Below, in pieces: positions 1-9,494 of a stretch of 44,881 nt of DNA. The notes beneath the pieces were generated by a model. It did not search any database and was not told the origin of the DNA. It was given only the letters and a program-made list of their open reading frames with translations. A program made the position numbers and the translations under genes. Source of the DNA: a phage; the sequence record PV730301.1. One strand, written 5' to 3'. How positions within the stretch are numbered: the first letter of the stretch is position 1; each line of letters opens with the position of its first letter.

Positions 1-127
1 GAAACGACGCATCACCGGCGTCTCCGCTGACGCCCCTGGTGCCAAGATTGACATGGCGACTATTTCTCCTGCGTCTTTTTCTACCCCACTTAACGCTACT
101 ACCGAGGTTACCGCACCCGCCGCATTG
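1..127. repeat. 127-bp terminal direct repeat, identical to 44755..44881 (circular assembly overlap or terminal redundancy)
   Basis: Exact identity of the first and last 127 bp read directly from the sequence; an ORF runs continuously across the junction. Confidence 0.9.
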
Positions 128-331
128 ACTCTCACTGTTGCGGTAACTGGTGGTCTGGCTCCTTATTCCTACCAGTGGTATAAGAATAACAACGCCATCG
201 CAGGCGCTACCGAGGCTACGTACACCAAGGCCACTACTGTTGCTACTACCGACTCCGGTACGTATAAAGTGGTTGTTCACGATGTGTATGGTAATATTAT
301 CTCCAGCAGCACTGTAGCAACTGTGTCTTAA
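2..331 (+). CDS. Ig-like domain virion protein, 3' portion (ORF begins at 44741 and continues across the window junction); possible head decoration protein
   Basis: In frame with ATG at 44741 through the repeat; PYSYQWYKNN...DSGTYKVVVHD resembles an Ig-like fold; lies directly after the major capsid gene. Confidence 0.55.
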   Translation, partial: KRRITGVSADAPGAKIDMATISPASFSTPLNATTEVTAPAALTLTVAVTGGLAPYSYQWYKNNNAIAGATEATYTKATTVATTDSGTYKVVVHDVYGNIISSSTVATVS

Positions 332-367
332 TACAACGGCCCTTCGGGGCCGTAATAAGGAAAGGTC

Positions 368-547
368 ATGGCAGATAATTATGTAATCCGCGAAAAGTAC
401 ACCCATGTCGATATTGTTGACGGTCAGGTGATGCCTGTTCGCGGTGTTGTAGAAGCGGATGAACTGGTTGCAACCCAACCTGACAACGAAGAAGCACACA
501 ACAACGGCGGTGGTACTAAGCGTCGTCGCCGTAAGTCAGAGGATTAG
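368..547 (+). CDS. hypothetical small protein (59 aa)
   Basis: ATG preceded by AGGAAAGG; basic C-terminus; follows a hairpin at 338..353. Confidence 0.35.
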   Translation: MADNYVIREKYTHVDIVDGQVMPVRGVVEADELVATQPDNEEAHNNGGGTKRRRRKSED

Positions 548-550
548 GGT

Positions 551-703
551 ATGAATATCATGCGCCGCTTGCTCTGTATCCACAAATACCTAACGGTAAG
601 AGTCGTGTATGGTGACGAGATAATTGGTAGAAATTACAAGCGATACCGCCAAGAGTGCACTAAATGCGGCGTAATCAGATACGTGGGTGGTGATAAATGT
701 TAA
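551..703 (+). CDS. hypothetical small Cys/His-containing protein (50 aa)
   Basis: GAGGA 7 nt upstream of ATG; stop overlaps the start of the next gene (ATGTTAA). Confidence 0.3.
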   Translation: MNIMRRLLCIHKYLTVRVVYGDEIIGRNYKRYRQECTKCGVIRYVGGDKC

Positions 704-1206
704 TTGTAGAAACAGGCCAAATTATAGAGGGGGCTGATTCGTACGTCTCATTAGCGGACGCCCGCGCGTTAGCGGCTAATTATGGCCTTGAGCTACCGGA
801 AGACGATACCGCAGCTGAAGTTGCCCTGCGCAACGGCACCACTTATGTCGGGCTGGCAGAACCGCAGATGTGCGGTCGTCGTGTATCCGCTGAACAGTAT
901 CTGGCGTATCCGCGCACCGGCGTTACGCTGAACGGATTCCCGGTAGCGAACAATGTCATTCCGAAACAGGTGATTCTTGCGCAGGTAATCGCGTCCGCTA
1001 CATATGGCGCGGGTACTGAGGTACGGGCAAACTCAGACGGTCGTTCGGTGCAGACAGAGCGTGTTGAGGGCGCGGTGACAGTGACCTACTTCAACAACGG
1101 CAACAGTGGCGCGACAACCGCCATTACCGCTGCTGACGACGCATTACGCCCGTTACTGTGTGGCGGTCCTAACAATGGCTTCTCGTTTAATGTGTACCGG
1201 GGTTAA
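697..1206 (+). CDS. putative head-tail connector/neck protein
   Basis: Position between capsid and neck genes; GGTGGTGA RBS; no recognisable catalytic motif. Confidence 0.35.
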   Translation: MLIVETGQIIEGADSYVSLADARALAANYGLELPEDDTAAEVALRNGTTYVGLAEPQMCGRRVSAEQYLAYPRTGVTLNGFPVANNVIPKQVILAQVIASATYGAGTEVRANSDGRSVQTERVEGAVTVTYFNNGNSGATTAITAADDALRPLLCGGPNNGFSFNVYRG

Positions 1207-1208
1207 AA

Positions 1209-1823
1209 ATGGCGAAGACTAAAACAGAGATGTTTACCCTTATCGGCGCGAACCTCCCCGATAACACGACCGGGCTTATCACACCCGCGAAGTTACGCGA
1301 GGTAATGACGCAGATGGCCGACTCCCCTATTTACGCCACTCCAGGTGTTAAAGAGGTTGAAGTTCTCCGTGCCGCGTCTACCGTAATACAAGCGCCTACC
1401 GCGGTGGACACGGCGTTGCAGTTAACTTTTGGTGCGGCTCAAGGTAGCGCGACGGACCCGGTAATGATTAATGCCGCAGGGCTGGTCACATTCAACGCCG
1501 CAGGTAACTACGCCGTTCGCATCAAGTTGCAGGCCGGGCGTACAGGGGCAAGTGGTACATCCATCCTGCTATCACGTATTTTAGTAAACGGTGCTCAGTA
1601 CGGCTCGCCAGCTGCCACGAAACTGGTAAGCGCGGACACCACAATCCCGATTGAATCTCGCGTCGTTATTAACCCGACAGCAGGCCAGACGTTTTCCGTG
1701 CAGATTATGCGGGATAGCGCCGGAAGCAACTTCGGCGGCGTATATCCGCAAGCGGCTACCGTAACCGCATGGGGCACAGCGCCGTCAGCGTTACTGGTTA
1801 TCTCGAGACTGGAGGCCGCGTAA
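1209..1823 (+). CDS. virion structural protein of unknown role
   Basis: 204 aa, Ala/Thr/Gly-rich, inside the structural operon. Confidence 0.4.
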   Translation: MAKTKTEMFTLIGANLPDNTTGLITPAKLREVMTQMADSPIYATPGVKEVEVLRAASTVIQAPTAVDTALQLTFGAAQGSATDPVMINAAGLVTFNAAGNYAVRIKLQAGRTGASGTSILLSRILVNGAQYGSPAATKLVSADTTIPIESRVVINPTAGQTFSVQIMRDSAGSNFGGVYPQAATVTAWGTAPSALLVISRLEAA

Positions 1824-2182
1824 TGAGCACAGCTTTCAGTAAACGTATGCAAGGCGTTGGTACACGCCTGCTAACCAAATTCGGAAGCACGGTGTCTCTG
1901 ATTCGCGCTGGCTCGAAAGTGTGGGATGAAGTTCTCGGCGAGTACGTCTGGTCCGCGGATGAAGTGCTGCCGTTGAAGGCCGTTCCGGTTCCGGTAAACG
2001 CAGGACTGGTAAACGGTACGACGATTCAGGCTGGTGACATGATTGTTAAAGCGGATTGCAGCGTCGTTCCGAAGACGGAGGACAAGGTGCAATTCGGCGG
2101 AGAGCAATGGTCTGTCGTAGCCGTTGAAAAGAAGATGGTTAACGATGATGTCGTGGCGTATTTTATTCAGGTGAGAAAATGA
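1823..2182 (+). CDS. putative head-tail adaptor protein
   Basis: ATG overlaps the previous stop (TAATG); size and position typical of a neck protein. Confidence 0.4.
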   Translation: MSTAFSKRMQGVGTRLLTKFGSTVSLIRAGSKVWDEVLGEYVWSADEVLPLKAVPVPVNAGLVNGTTIQAGDMIVKADCSVVPKTEDKVQFGGEQWSVVAVEKKMVNDDVVAYFIQVRK

Positions 2183-2574
2183 GTTTCGCGCTTGATGTCT
2201 CTAAGTTCGTAGAAAAGGCGAAGAAGAATCCCGAGAAGGTGATGCGTCAGGTGTCTATCAAGCTGTTTTCCGCTATCATAAAGGCGAGCCCGGTAGATAC
2301 AGGCCGCTTTCGCATGAACTGGATGGCGTCTGGTGGTACTCCTGCTTCCGTGGTTACAGACGCTACGGATAAATCAGGAAACATAGCAACCGGAAACGCT
2401 ACAAGTTTCGTGCTGAATGCCTCAGACTGGCGCGAGTTCACGCTGACAAATAATCTGCCGTATGCGCAACGACTGGAGTATGGTTGGTCGCAACAGGCGC
2501 CAGCCGGAGTTGTCAGGACTAATGTGTCTCGCTTCCAGCAACTCATTAACGAAGAAGCCAACAAGGTGAAATAA
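2179..2574 (+). CDS. HK97 gp10-like neck/tail attachment protein
   Basis: VDTGRFRMNW resembles the HK97 gp10 family signature; ATGA overlap with the upstream gene. Confidence 0.5.
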   Translation: MSFALDVSKFVEKAKKNPEKVMRQVSIKLFSAIIKASPVDTGRFRMNWMASGGTPASVVTDATDKSGNIATGNATSFVLNASDWREFTLTNNLPYAQRLEYGWSQQAPAGVVRTNVSRFQQLINEEANKVK

Positions 2575-2987
2575 TGGGCTACTTTGAGGACTTAACAAAA
2601 GCGTTTGATGTGCCGCTGGTAGCCTTCGGAACCGCCAACGGCATCAAGGTTGCTCTTGAAAACATCGACGCGCCGACGTCAACCAATACACCGTATCTGG
2701 CAAGTTACATGTTACTTGCGGACACCGAGCAGGCGGATTTGTTCTTCACGGAACAACGCGCTGGTGTCTATCAGGTAGATATTAACTACGCATCGGCGAA
2801 AGGTAGCGCGCCAATCAATAAAATGGCAGACTTACTTAACACGGCGTTTAAAGCAGGTAAGTCATTTTCACGTAACGACATCTGCGCCGAGGTTCAATCG
2901 GTTAGCCTGGGGCCGCTGATTGTAGAAAACGGATGGGCCAAACGACCATTGTCAATTAACTTTATTGCATTCACCAAGAGGCTGTGA
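2574..2987 (+). CDS. putative tail completion/terminator protein
   Basis: Position immediately before the major tail protein; AAGGTGA RBS. Confidence 0.4.
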   Translation: MGYFEDLTKAFDVPLVAFGTANGIKVALENIDAPTSTNTPYLASYMLLADTEQADLFFTEQRAGVYQVDINYASAKGSAPINKMADLLNTAFKAGKSFSRNDICAEVQSVSLGPLIVENGWAKRPLSINFIAFTKRL

Positions 2988-2989
2988 AT

Positions 2990-4156
2990 ATGGCTACAAC
3001 TCCTTTTAAGGGCGCGAATACCGCGCAATTCTATGTGGCGGAAGTGACCCCGGGCGTAACACCGGATAACCCGGTATGGTCGCCGTTGCGCAATACGGGC
3101 GGCGTTCCCGCCATTACCCGCGACACGCTGACCTCTAACGAACTGGACGGCAGCCGTGAAACCACATCCATCCGCACCGGCAACAAACAGGTTAGCGGGG
3201 AATACGCTATCGAGCTTAGCTCTAAAAGTCAGGACGACTGGTTAGCTGGGGCTTTAGGCTCTACGTGGCAATCCGGGGTTTCTCTGTCCGATCTGTCCAT
3301 TACCGTCGCACCGGCAGGCAAGACGTTTACCCGCGCGGATGGTAGCTTCATTACGGACGGCGTTGAAGTAGGCGACCTGATCGCGTTCACCGACTTAACG
3401 GGCGACAACGCTAAACCGTTCATCGTAACCGAGGTAAGTGCGACTGTTGTCACCGGTGCCGGTATCCAACATACTCTGACCACCGAGACCGTAACAACCG
3501 ACGCTAAAACCGGCGACAAACTGGAAACTGGTAACGCGTGTAAGACGTTCTCTATCCTCACCTGGTACAAAGGCCAGTGCGGCGGGGCCGACGCGTACAC
3601 GCTAACCAAAGGCGTGGAAGTTTCTGGTTTCACTGTTGAGCAGGCGGTCAACGCGATGGTAACTGGCAGTTTCCCGTTCATCGGCCGCAGCCAGGAGATT
3701 CTCACCACGCCGCCGACGGGTTCTGATTTCTCCTCTGTTACGTTTGGTGACGAGCCATTCTCCTCCGTCGACGTTTCCGTGTTCGACGGCTCTACGCCGT
3801 TGCGTTGTGACAGCCTGACCATCACCAACGACAACAGCGCGTCCGCACAGTTCGAACTCGGTAATACTAACGTAGCGTTTGTGGAACGTAGCCGCGCGGC
3901 TAACACCTTCTCCATCTCCGGTAAGCTGTACGACATGGCTATGATTCAGAAGTTTATCAACGAACAGCAGGTAGAGATTAACTCTATTCTGGCGGGGGTA
4001 AACGGGGCTATGTCTTTCAGTTTAAAACGCGCGGAGCTTACGGCGGTTACCCCAGAAATATCTGGCCCGGAATCGATTACCCAAAGTATAGAAGGGCAGT
4101 CCACAGGCAACCAGTACCAGTCGTCCATTACTATCCAGCGTATCACCTACGCATAA
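2990..4156 (+). CDS. putative major tail (tube) protein
   Basis: 388 aa, last gene of the neck/tail block, followed by a strong terminator; start taken at ATG 2990 (AAGAGG RBS) rather than the GTG at 2984. Confidence 0.5.
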   Translation: MATTPFKGANTAQFYVAEVTPGVTPDNPVWSPLRNTGGVPAITRDTLTSNELDGSRETTSIRTGNKQVSGEYAIELSSKSQDDWLAGALGSTWQSGVSLSDLSITVAPAGKTFTRADGSFITDGVEVGDLIAFTDLTGDNAKPFIVTEVSATVVTGAGIQHTLTTETVTTDAKTGDKLETGNACKTFSILTWYKGQCGGADAYTLTKGVEVSGFTVEQAVNAMVTGSFPFIGRSQEILTTPPTGSDFSSVTFGDEPFSSVDVSVFDGSTPLRCDSLTITNDNSASAQFELGNTNVAFVERSRAANTFSISGKLYDMAMIQKFINEQQVEINSILAGVNGAMSFSLKRAELTAVTPEISGPESITQSIEGQSTGNQYQSSITIQRITYA

Positions 4157-4161
4157 AACTA

Positions 4162-4184
4162 AGGCCCCGAAAGGGGCCTTTTTC
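4162..4184. terminator. rho-independent terminator (bidirectional position)
   Basis: AGGCCCC-GAAA-GGGGCCT hairpin followed by TTTTT; sits between convergent plus and minus operons. Confidence 0.7.
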
Positions 4185-4361
4185 TTACTCACTTTTGAAT
4201 GGCATTTCATAGAAGTTAGTTAACTGGCCCAGGCCACTCCGTTCTGCCATTTCTTTTGAGGCCTCTTCCTTGCTACCGACCGCATAAATATCAACCCACT
4301 CATCCCATTCTTCGTCGTATACACGGATTACATATATTGTTTTCATAATATTTTCACTCAT
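4185..4361 (-). CDS. hypothetical small acidic protein (58 aa)
   Basis: ATG with AGGAG 8 nt upstream; ATGA overlap with the upstream gene stop; the six-frame track begins at a TTG further upstream. Confidence 0.4.
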   Translation of the reverse strand: MSENIMKTIYVIRVYDEEWDEWVDIYAVGSKEEASKEMAERSGLGQLTNFYEMPFKSE

Positions 4362-4584
4362 CAATGTTACTCCTGTACTCCCGTAACTTCTCCAGACTTT
4401 CAATTGCTTCTGCTAAGTCGGTTCCGGTGTCCTTGTGCCCGCGAAGGCCCATACACAATAGCTTCTTCAATGCGTGCTGTAGTGCCGGGTCGCGGATATC
4501 GAAAGCACGGAGAACATCGTAAACGTCTACTGTCATAGTGCTGCCGTGAGTGTTCGTCATTGTGCGGTTGTATTTATTTGTCAC
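4354..4584 (-). CDS. DUF3310-like phage protein
   Basis: YDVLRAF...ALQHALKKLLCMGLRGHKD...DLAEAIESL pattern recalled as DUF3310-like; start codon uncertain (GTG or internal ATG). Confidence 0.45.
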   Translation of the reverse strand: MTNKYNRTMTNTHGSTMTVDVYDVLRAFDIRDPALQHALKKLLCMGLRGHKDTGTDLAEAIESLEKLREYRSNIDE

Positions 4585-4774
4585 TGTTAACTCTCTTAAA
4601 TCGGGCTATGCCCGACTCGTTAATGTTGCCTATTTCAAAGAAGCTGCGATATTTAGGCGAATACATTCTTACGTCGCCATTCTCGAGGGTGATCCCTCCA
4701 TATACAGCACCTACTTCGAATCCATTTTTCTCCGCGTACGGACTCACATCGGTGCATTCATACATATCTTTCAT
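4574..4774 (-). CDS. hypothetical protein
   Basis: ATGA overlap with the upstream phosphoesterase gene (translational coupling). Confidence 0.45.
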   Translation of the reverse strand: MKDMYECTDVSPYAEKNGFEVGAVYGGITLENGDVRMYSPKYRSFFEIGNINESGIARFKRVNSDK

Positions 4775-5901
4775 CCCAGCATCTCCGGTGAAATAGTTAA
4801 ACGTGCGACCTCACCATATTCGGCGCTATAAGTAATTACGTTCGCACTACGGCCAGACATCCATCCGCCGCGGGAGGCGTAGGCGTCTTTAGCCGCTAAA
4901 GTGCGGTGTTGCTCAACAATCATGTTACGGCTTTCTACAATCTTTTGGTGGTGCAGGTGGCCTACGTGGGCGTAGCTGTAAACGCTCTCGCCGAACGCTT
5001 TGCGGAACTTAGCAATCATAACCGGTTCGATAGCGTCGAAGCGTGCTTTATGCCCGTGGTGAAAGAACAGGGTCGTTTTGCCGTGTTGCACCATCTTGTA
5101 AACATCCGGCGACGTGTCGACGATCACTCGGCTGTCTTTTGAGTATAAAGTCGTGAACATTTCCGCCAACCACACAGACCCTACAGGGTCGTGATTTCCT
5201 TGCACGATAAGCAAGCGAACATTTTTGTGTTTAACCAGCGCCATATCAACAACACGGCGGACCATACGAATCATGTAGCGGACAAGTTTCTGGTAGCGAG
5301 TGTCTGCGTCCAACACATGGCGCGACTCAGGGGTGACGGCATCCAGACTATCGAAGTGCGCGAAGTCCCCAAGCAGGTTAATAACTCCTGTTCCCGCGTC
5401 CGGTGCTTTCTGAAACGCAGCATCAAACCAGCGAGAGAACAGGTCTTCCGCAATCTTCATGTCCCAGTCGTCGCCGCTCTCATCGGCCCATGCCAGCATA
5501 CCGAGATGAAAATCAGATACAGTGTAAAGATTGAGTAGTTTATCGTCACGTTTGGCTCGAACGGCTTTAACAGGCGCAACGGGCGTAATCTCTGATTTCA
5601 TGCCTTCAATTACGGCTTTCATCAACTCGACCTGACGTTCGGCATCGGTGTCGGTCTTAACCCATTGCAACTTAGTGTTGCCGAACTCGTCCACAAGCGA
5701 CGACGTGCCTTTAATCTTGTAGCCGTCTGGTACGAGGTGGCTGACGTCCCGCCCGTGACCTACTCCTTTCTTAGCCAGCTTCGCTTTACGGATACGAATA
5801 ACGCGGTCTGAGATGCCGTATTTACGGGCGATGTCGATAATCTTTGTTCCGGCGTTCAATTCTTCCTGCAACTGTTCGTCGGTTATTTTCTTCCTGGCCA
5901 T
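4771..5901 (-). CDS. N-terminal HTH domain fused to a calcineurin-like metallophosphoesterase (phosphatase or nuclease)
   Basis: Motifs DFH, GDFAHFD, GNHD, HHGH and GHLHH match the metallophosphoesterase signature; N-terminal IIDIARKYGISDRVI is HTH-like; GAGGA RBS. Confidence 0.7.
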   Translation of the reverse strand: MARKKITDEQLQEELNAGTKIIDIARKYGISDRVIRIRKAKLAKKGVGHGRDVSHLVPDGYKIKGTSSLVDEFGNTKLQWVKTDTDAERQVELMKAVIEGMKSEITPVAPVKAVRAKRDDKLLNLYTVSDFHLGMLAWADESGDDWDMKIAEDLFSRWFDAAFQKAPDAGTGVINLLGDFAHFDSLDAVTPESRHVLDADTRYQKLVRYMIRMVRRVVDMALVKHKNVRLLIVQGNHDPVGSVWLAEMFTTLYSKDSRVIVDTSPDVYKMVQHGKTTLFFHHGHKARFDAIEPVMIAKFRKAFGESVYSYAHVGHLHHQKIVESRNMIVEQHRTLAAKDAYASRGGWMSGRSANVITYSAEYGEVARLTISPEMLG

Positions 5902-5938
5902 GCTTATTCCTCGTGCTTAGGATTTGTCCTATACTAGC

Positions 5939-6130
5939 TCACTTCTCTTTGACATTCGAGTTGCAAGCCCAGATTAAAATAAATACCCACGGCAGCAGAA
6001 TCCAGCCAAGAAACAGGTTGGCCATGAATATCGCTAACTTCGCTTTATGGTCGCGGAAATACGCAACCAGGAAAGGCGCAAAATAGGCTAGTAGTGCAAA
6101 CAGAATTAGGGAAACTGGTAAACTGGACAT
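5939..6130 (-). CDS. Imm-like superinfection immunity membrane protein
   Basis: YFAPFLVAYFRDHKAKLAIFMANLFLGWILLPWVFILIWA matches the superinfection-immunity (Imm) pattern; AAGGAG RBS before the ATG at 6130. Confidence 0.6.
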   Translation of the reverse strand: MSSLPVSLILFALLAYFAPFLVAYFRDHKAKLAIFMANLFLGWILLPWVFILIWACNSNVKEK

Positions 6131-6160
6131 TTTAAACTCCTTCATTGTTGGTGTAAGTGA

Positions 6161-6189
6161 ATAGTACCCTATTATATTGGGGTGCGCAA
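6161..6189 (-). promoter_or_regulatory. sigma70-like promoter for the Imm/phosphoesterase operon (TTGCGC-17-TACTAT) containing the conserved TGAATAGT..CTATTATA element
   Basis: Hexamers and 17-bp spacing read from the sequence; the 23-mer is identical to 41997..42019. Confidence 0.45.
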
Positions 6190-6296
6190 GTAGTGTGCTA
6201 GAATAAGTTTGCGCCTAGTGTCGCACACGAAAAGCGGGTGGTTCCCGTCTGGCGCATTAACCTTAACCTGTAACCTCTTAACCAAAGGATTAAAGA

Positions 6297-6713
6297 ATGA
6301 AACTTTCTGATTTTTATTTCGAAGAGAAAGCACTGGTGGGCAAGAAGATGCCTATTCTCCTGCCAAATGGCGAAGACTCAGGTGAGTGGCTTAACGTCGT
6401 AAGTCCTGACGCCGATGTCGCCGTTAAAGCAGGGCGTGCTTTCATTATCGCGTACCGCCGTGGGCTGGCGCGTTTTGAAGAACTGGAAAAGGCCGCCAAA
6501 GAATCCGGCGACTATACTGAATATAACCTGGCGGTTAACGAACTGGCTGAAGACCTCAACCGACAACTCGCGGCGGAAGTCGTAAACGGCTGGAGCTTTG
6601 ATGAGCCTTTCTCTAAAGAAGCATTTAACAAATTGCTGGGCCAGTTCAAGGCATTAGGGACACAGGTGGCCGCGTTCCATAACGCCGAGCGCAAAGCATT
6701 ACAGGAAAAGTAG
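6297..6713 (+). CDS. tail assembly chaperone (gpG-like)
   Basis: Position immediately upstream of the tape measure gene; AAAGGA RBS; overlapping -1 frame ORF downstream. Confidence 0.5.
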   Translation: MKLSDFYFEEKALVGKKMPILLPNGEDSGEWLNVVSPDADVAVKAGRAFIIAYRRGLARFEELEKAAKESGDYTEYNLAVNELAEDLNRQLAAEVVNGWSFDEPFSKEAFNKLLGQFKALGTQVAAFHNAERKALQEK

Positions 6714-6745
6714 ACGCGCTGTACAGGTTCGCCACCTACGAGTTT

Positions 6746-7078
6746 GTGGATAAGCATAAAATCAGAGAGTTTGATTCTATAGCCGACGGACACGAACAGG
6801 CGCTTATCGCGATGGGTGTAATCGATAAGAAAAAACGTGCAGCGCGACGGGGTGGGCCAGAATGCCCGCCCCTTTTTATATCCACCTTTGAGACGTACTG
6901 TGACATTAAGTTTACGCGACACGTGCGTGAGGACGCTGTAGTATTGTTTGCAAGAGAATCTGTTACGTGGCAAGACCTGAAAGCCTATCTCGATGTTACG
7001 CAAAAACAGCTTAGCCTGTTCGAGATAGACATTATCATGGGCTTAGAAGCAATCTTTGAAGGTAGAAATCATGGCTGA
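6746..7078 (+). CDS. putative frameshift extension of the tail assembly chaperone (gpT-like)
   Basis: ORF in the -1 frame, open from 6683 and overlapping the chaperone 3' end; no own SD; ends inside the tape measure start. Confidence 0.35.
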   Translation: MDKHKIREFDSIADGHEQALIAMGVIDKKKRAARRGGPECPPLFISTFETYCDIKFTRHVREDAVVLFARESVTWQDLKAYLDVTQKQLSLFEIDIIMGLEAIFEGRNHG

Positions 7079-9494
7079 TACCGCTAGTTTAATAGTACGA
7101 GTATCATCGACCGGCGTCGATAAAACCACATCACAACTGAACGGGCTTACTAAAGCCGCAGGCGCTGCGGCTGCCGCCGTTGTCAGTCTGGAAACCGCCA
7201 AGCAGGTGTTCAGTGCGCTGGTGGAGTCTCAGCGCAACTTCGATAAGCTGAACTCCGGCCTTATCACAATGACCGGGAGCGCCAAGAACGCGGCTAAGGC
7301 TTTCAGTGTCCTGCAACAGTTCGCAAAAGAAACTCCGTATGGCCTCAATCAGGCGGTAGAGGGGTTTACCAAGCTCGTGGCTCTCGGTCTTAACCCAAGC
7401 AAAGAGGCGCTGATTTCCTACGGCAACACCGCAGCGGCTATGGGTAAAGACCTTAATCAGATGATTGAGGCCGTAGCGGACGCCAGTACATTTGAATTTG
7501 AGCGACTGAAAGAGTTTGGCATTAAGTCGTCACAGCAGGCGGATACAGTTTCGTTCACGTTCCGCGGTGTCACCACCACGGTTAAAAAGAACTCCGAAGA
7601 GATTCAGAAATACCTGTTAAACATCGGCAACACCGATTTCGCCGGGGCGATGGAGACGCGCTCGAAGACATTAGATGGTCAGTTGTCGAGCCTGGCAGAC
7701 TCTTTCGATGGCCTTGTACTCGCGGTGGCGCAATCCGGTTTTGGCGATGCCGTAGGCGAACAAGCGGCGACAGCGGAAGATGCTATCACGGCACTCACCG
7801 ACGCCATCGCGTCTAATGAGATAGCCGCTACGCTCCAGGATTGGGTAACGCTGTTCAATGAATCGTTCAAGTTTATTTCTGATGCCTTAAACGACCTGGC
7901 ATACGATACCGAGGACAAATCCGCGGACATGTCAGACTCGCTGGGGACTATCCCGGACGCTATCCGTGAGTGGTTGCCTGATATACAGCAGACATTTCAC
8001 GAGGTTATTGCGTGGTTCCAGCGCATTGACGATTACGCCGTAGCGTTAGGTCAGACTCTTGCCGACGTGTTCGACCCAAGCAAAACGGCAGCGCTCACAT
8101 TTAAAAACCTGACCGCAGAGGCCGACGCCGCATACGCTGCCAGCATAAAACGCGCAGAGGCCGAATCACAGGCCATCACCAACAGGTCTAAGCAGCGTAA
8201 GAAAGAAATTGAGGAACAGCGCAAGCAGTACGACGAGCGCAAGAAGCAAGAAATTGACTTAGCCAGCCTTGTTAATAAAAATGGCGGAACTGGCGGAACC
8301 GGAAATACCAACGACAAAGACGCGAAAGCCGCTGCTAAGAAAGCGGAGCAATTGCGCAAACAGGCCCAGGATTATCTGGACACTTTGGCGCGTCAGAACA
8401 ACGATGAGTTAAAGGCTATTGACGCGCAGGAACAGCAGAAACTTAAAGAGGCCGCTAAATACCGAAAAGAAGGGGCGCTAACCGCTGAAGAGTATGAAAA
8501 GGCGAAAACCGCAATAGTTCTTCAATACGGACAAAAGCGCCAGGACGCTCTTGATAAAGAGTTAGCCGAGGAGCAGAAAAAACTGCAACAAGGCGTGGCT
8601 GTTCTGGCGTCAATCGACCCTATCGCAAACTTACAGCTCGAGCGGCAGAAGAGACTCGCAGTTATAGAGGAATACGAGGCCCAAGAAAACTCAGTACATG
8701 AAGTCGCGTTACAGGCGCGGGCGGAACTGGACAAGCAATATAACGATGGGCTGGCTGCCGCCGCCGAGGAGCGTTTCCGCAACCAATCCGAATGGAACAA
8801 CATGTTAATGGACTCCCTCGATGCGGTTGGCGCATCTGCATCCAGTTCCATAGTCGGTCTTATTAACGGCACACAGACCGCGAGTGAGGCAATGGCAAAC
8901 TTGGGCAACGCTATTCTATCCTCAGTCGTTTCAGGGTTAACACAGATGGGAGTGGAGTACCTGAAAAACATGATTATCGGCCAAACGGCATCCGCAGCGA
9001 CTATAGCGACCGCATCGGCTACCGGAGCGGCGATTGCCGCAGCGTATGCCCCCGCCGCGGCTATGGCGTCCCTGGCGTCATTTGGGGCCAACAGTGTTCC
9101 AGCTATGTCGGGCATCACAACCACGGTGGCGAGTACCCAAGCGTTAGCCTTAACTGGATTCCGCGAACAAGGCGGCCAAATGAACGCTGGCGGCAGCTAT
9201 CTTGTTGGTGAGCGTGGCCCTGAGATTATTAAGATGGCGGGGGCAGGGCGTGCGGTTAACTCAAGTCAAACACGGCAACAGTTAAGTGGCAACAATAGCG
9301 GAAATAGTGGACCATCTAATGTTACCATTGTAAATAACACATCGAGTCATATTGGCAACGTATCCACTGAGCAGGATGATGAGGGGCGCTTGCGTATCAT
9401 TATCTCTGAGCAGGTGGCTTCTGAGCTAATGAACAGCAACAGTCGGATTAGCAAGGCCCGCAAGTCTACGCGAAATGCACCTGGCTTTAAGTGA
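7071..9494 (+). CDS. tail tape measure protein
   Basis: About 800 aa, Ala/Gln/Lys-rich coiled-coil character, follows the chaperone pair; GAAGGT RBS before ATG 7071. Confidence 0.85.
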   Translation: MADTASLIVRVSSTGVDKTTSQLNGLTKAAGAAAAAVVSLETAKQVFSALVESQRNFDKLNSGLITMTGSAKNAAKAFSVLQQFAKETPYGLNQAVEGFTKLVALGLNPSKEALISYGNTAAAMGKDLNQMIEAVADASTFEFERLKEFGIKSSQQADTVSFTFRGVTTTVKKNSEEIQKYLLNIGNTDFAGAMETRSKTLDGQLSSLADSFDGLVLAVAQSGFGDAVGEQAATAEDAITALTDAIASNEIAATLQDWVTLFNESFKFISDALNDLAYDTEDKSADMSDSLGTIPDAIREWLPDIQQTFHEVIAWFQRIDDYAVALGQTLADVFDPSKTAALTFKNLTAEADAAYAASIKRAEAESQAITNRSKQRKKEIEEQRKQYDERKKQEIDLASLVNKNGGTGGTGNTNDKDAKAAAKKAEQLRKQAQDYLDTLARQNNDELKAIDAQEQQKLKEAAKYRKEGALTAEEYEKAKTAIVLQYGQKRQDALDKELAEEQKKLQQGVAVLASIDPIANLQLERQKRLAVIEEYEAQENSVHEVALQARAELDKQYNDGLAAAAEERFRNQSEWNNMLMDSLDAVGASASSSIVGLINGTQTASEAMANLGNAILSSVVSGLTQMGVEYLKNMIIGQTASAATIATASATGAAIAAAYAPAAAMASLASFGANSVPAMSGITTTVASTQALALTGFREQGGQMNAGGSYLVGERGPEIIKMAGAGRAVNSSQTRQQLSGNNSGNSGPSNVTIVNNTSSHIGNVSTEQDDEGRLRIIISEQVASELMNSNSRISKARKSTRNAPGFK

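Noticed and set aside
8522-9124. 200-aa minus-strand ORF inside the tape measure gene, with similar antisense ORFs at 3229..3936, 11796..12323, 17834..18631 and 26549..27157
   Set aside because: All lie antisense or out of frame within long, motif-supported genes and show low-complexity Ala/Ser/Arg-rich composition
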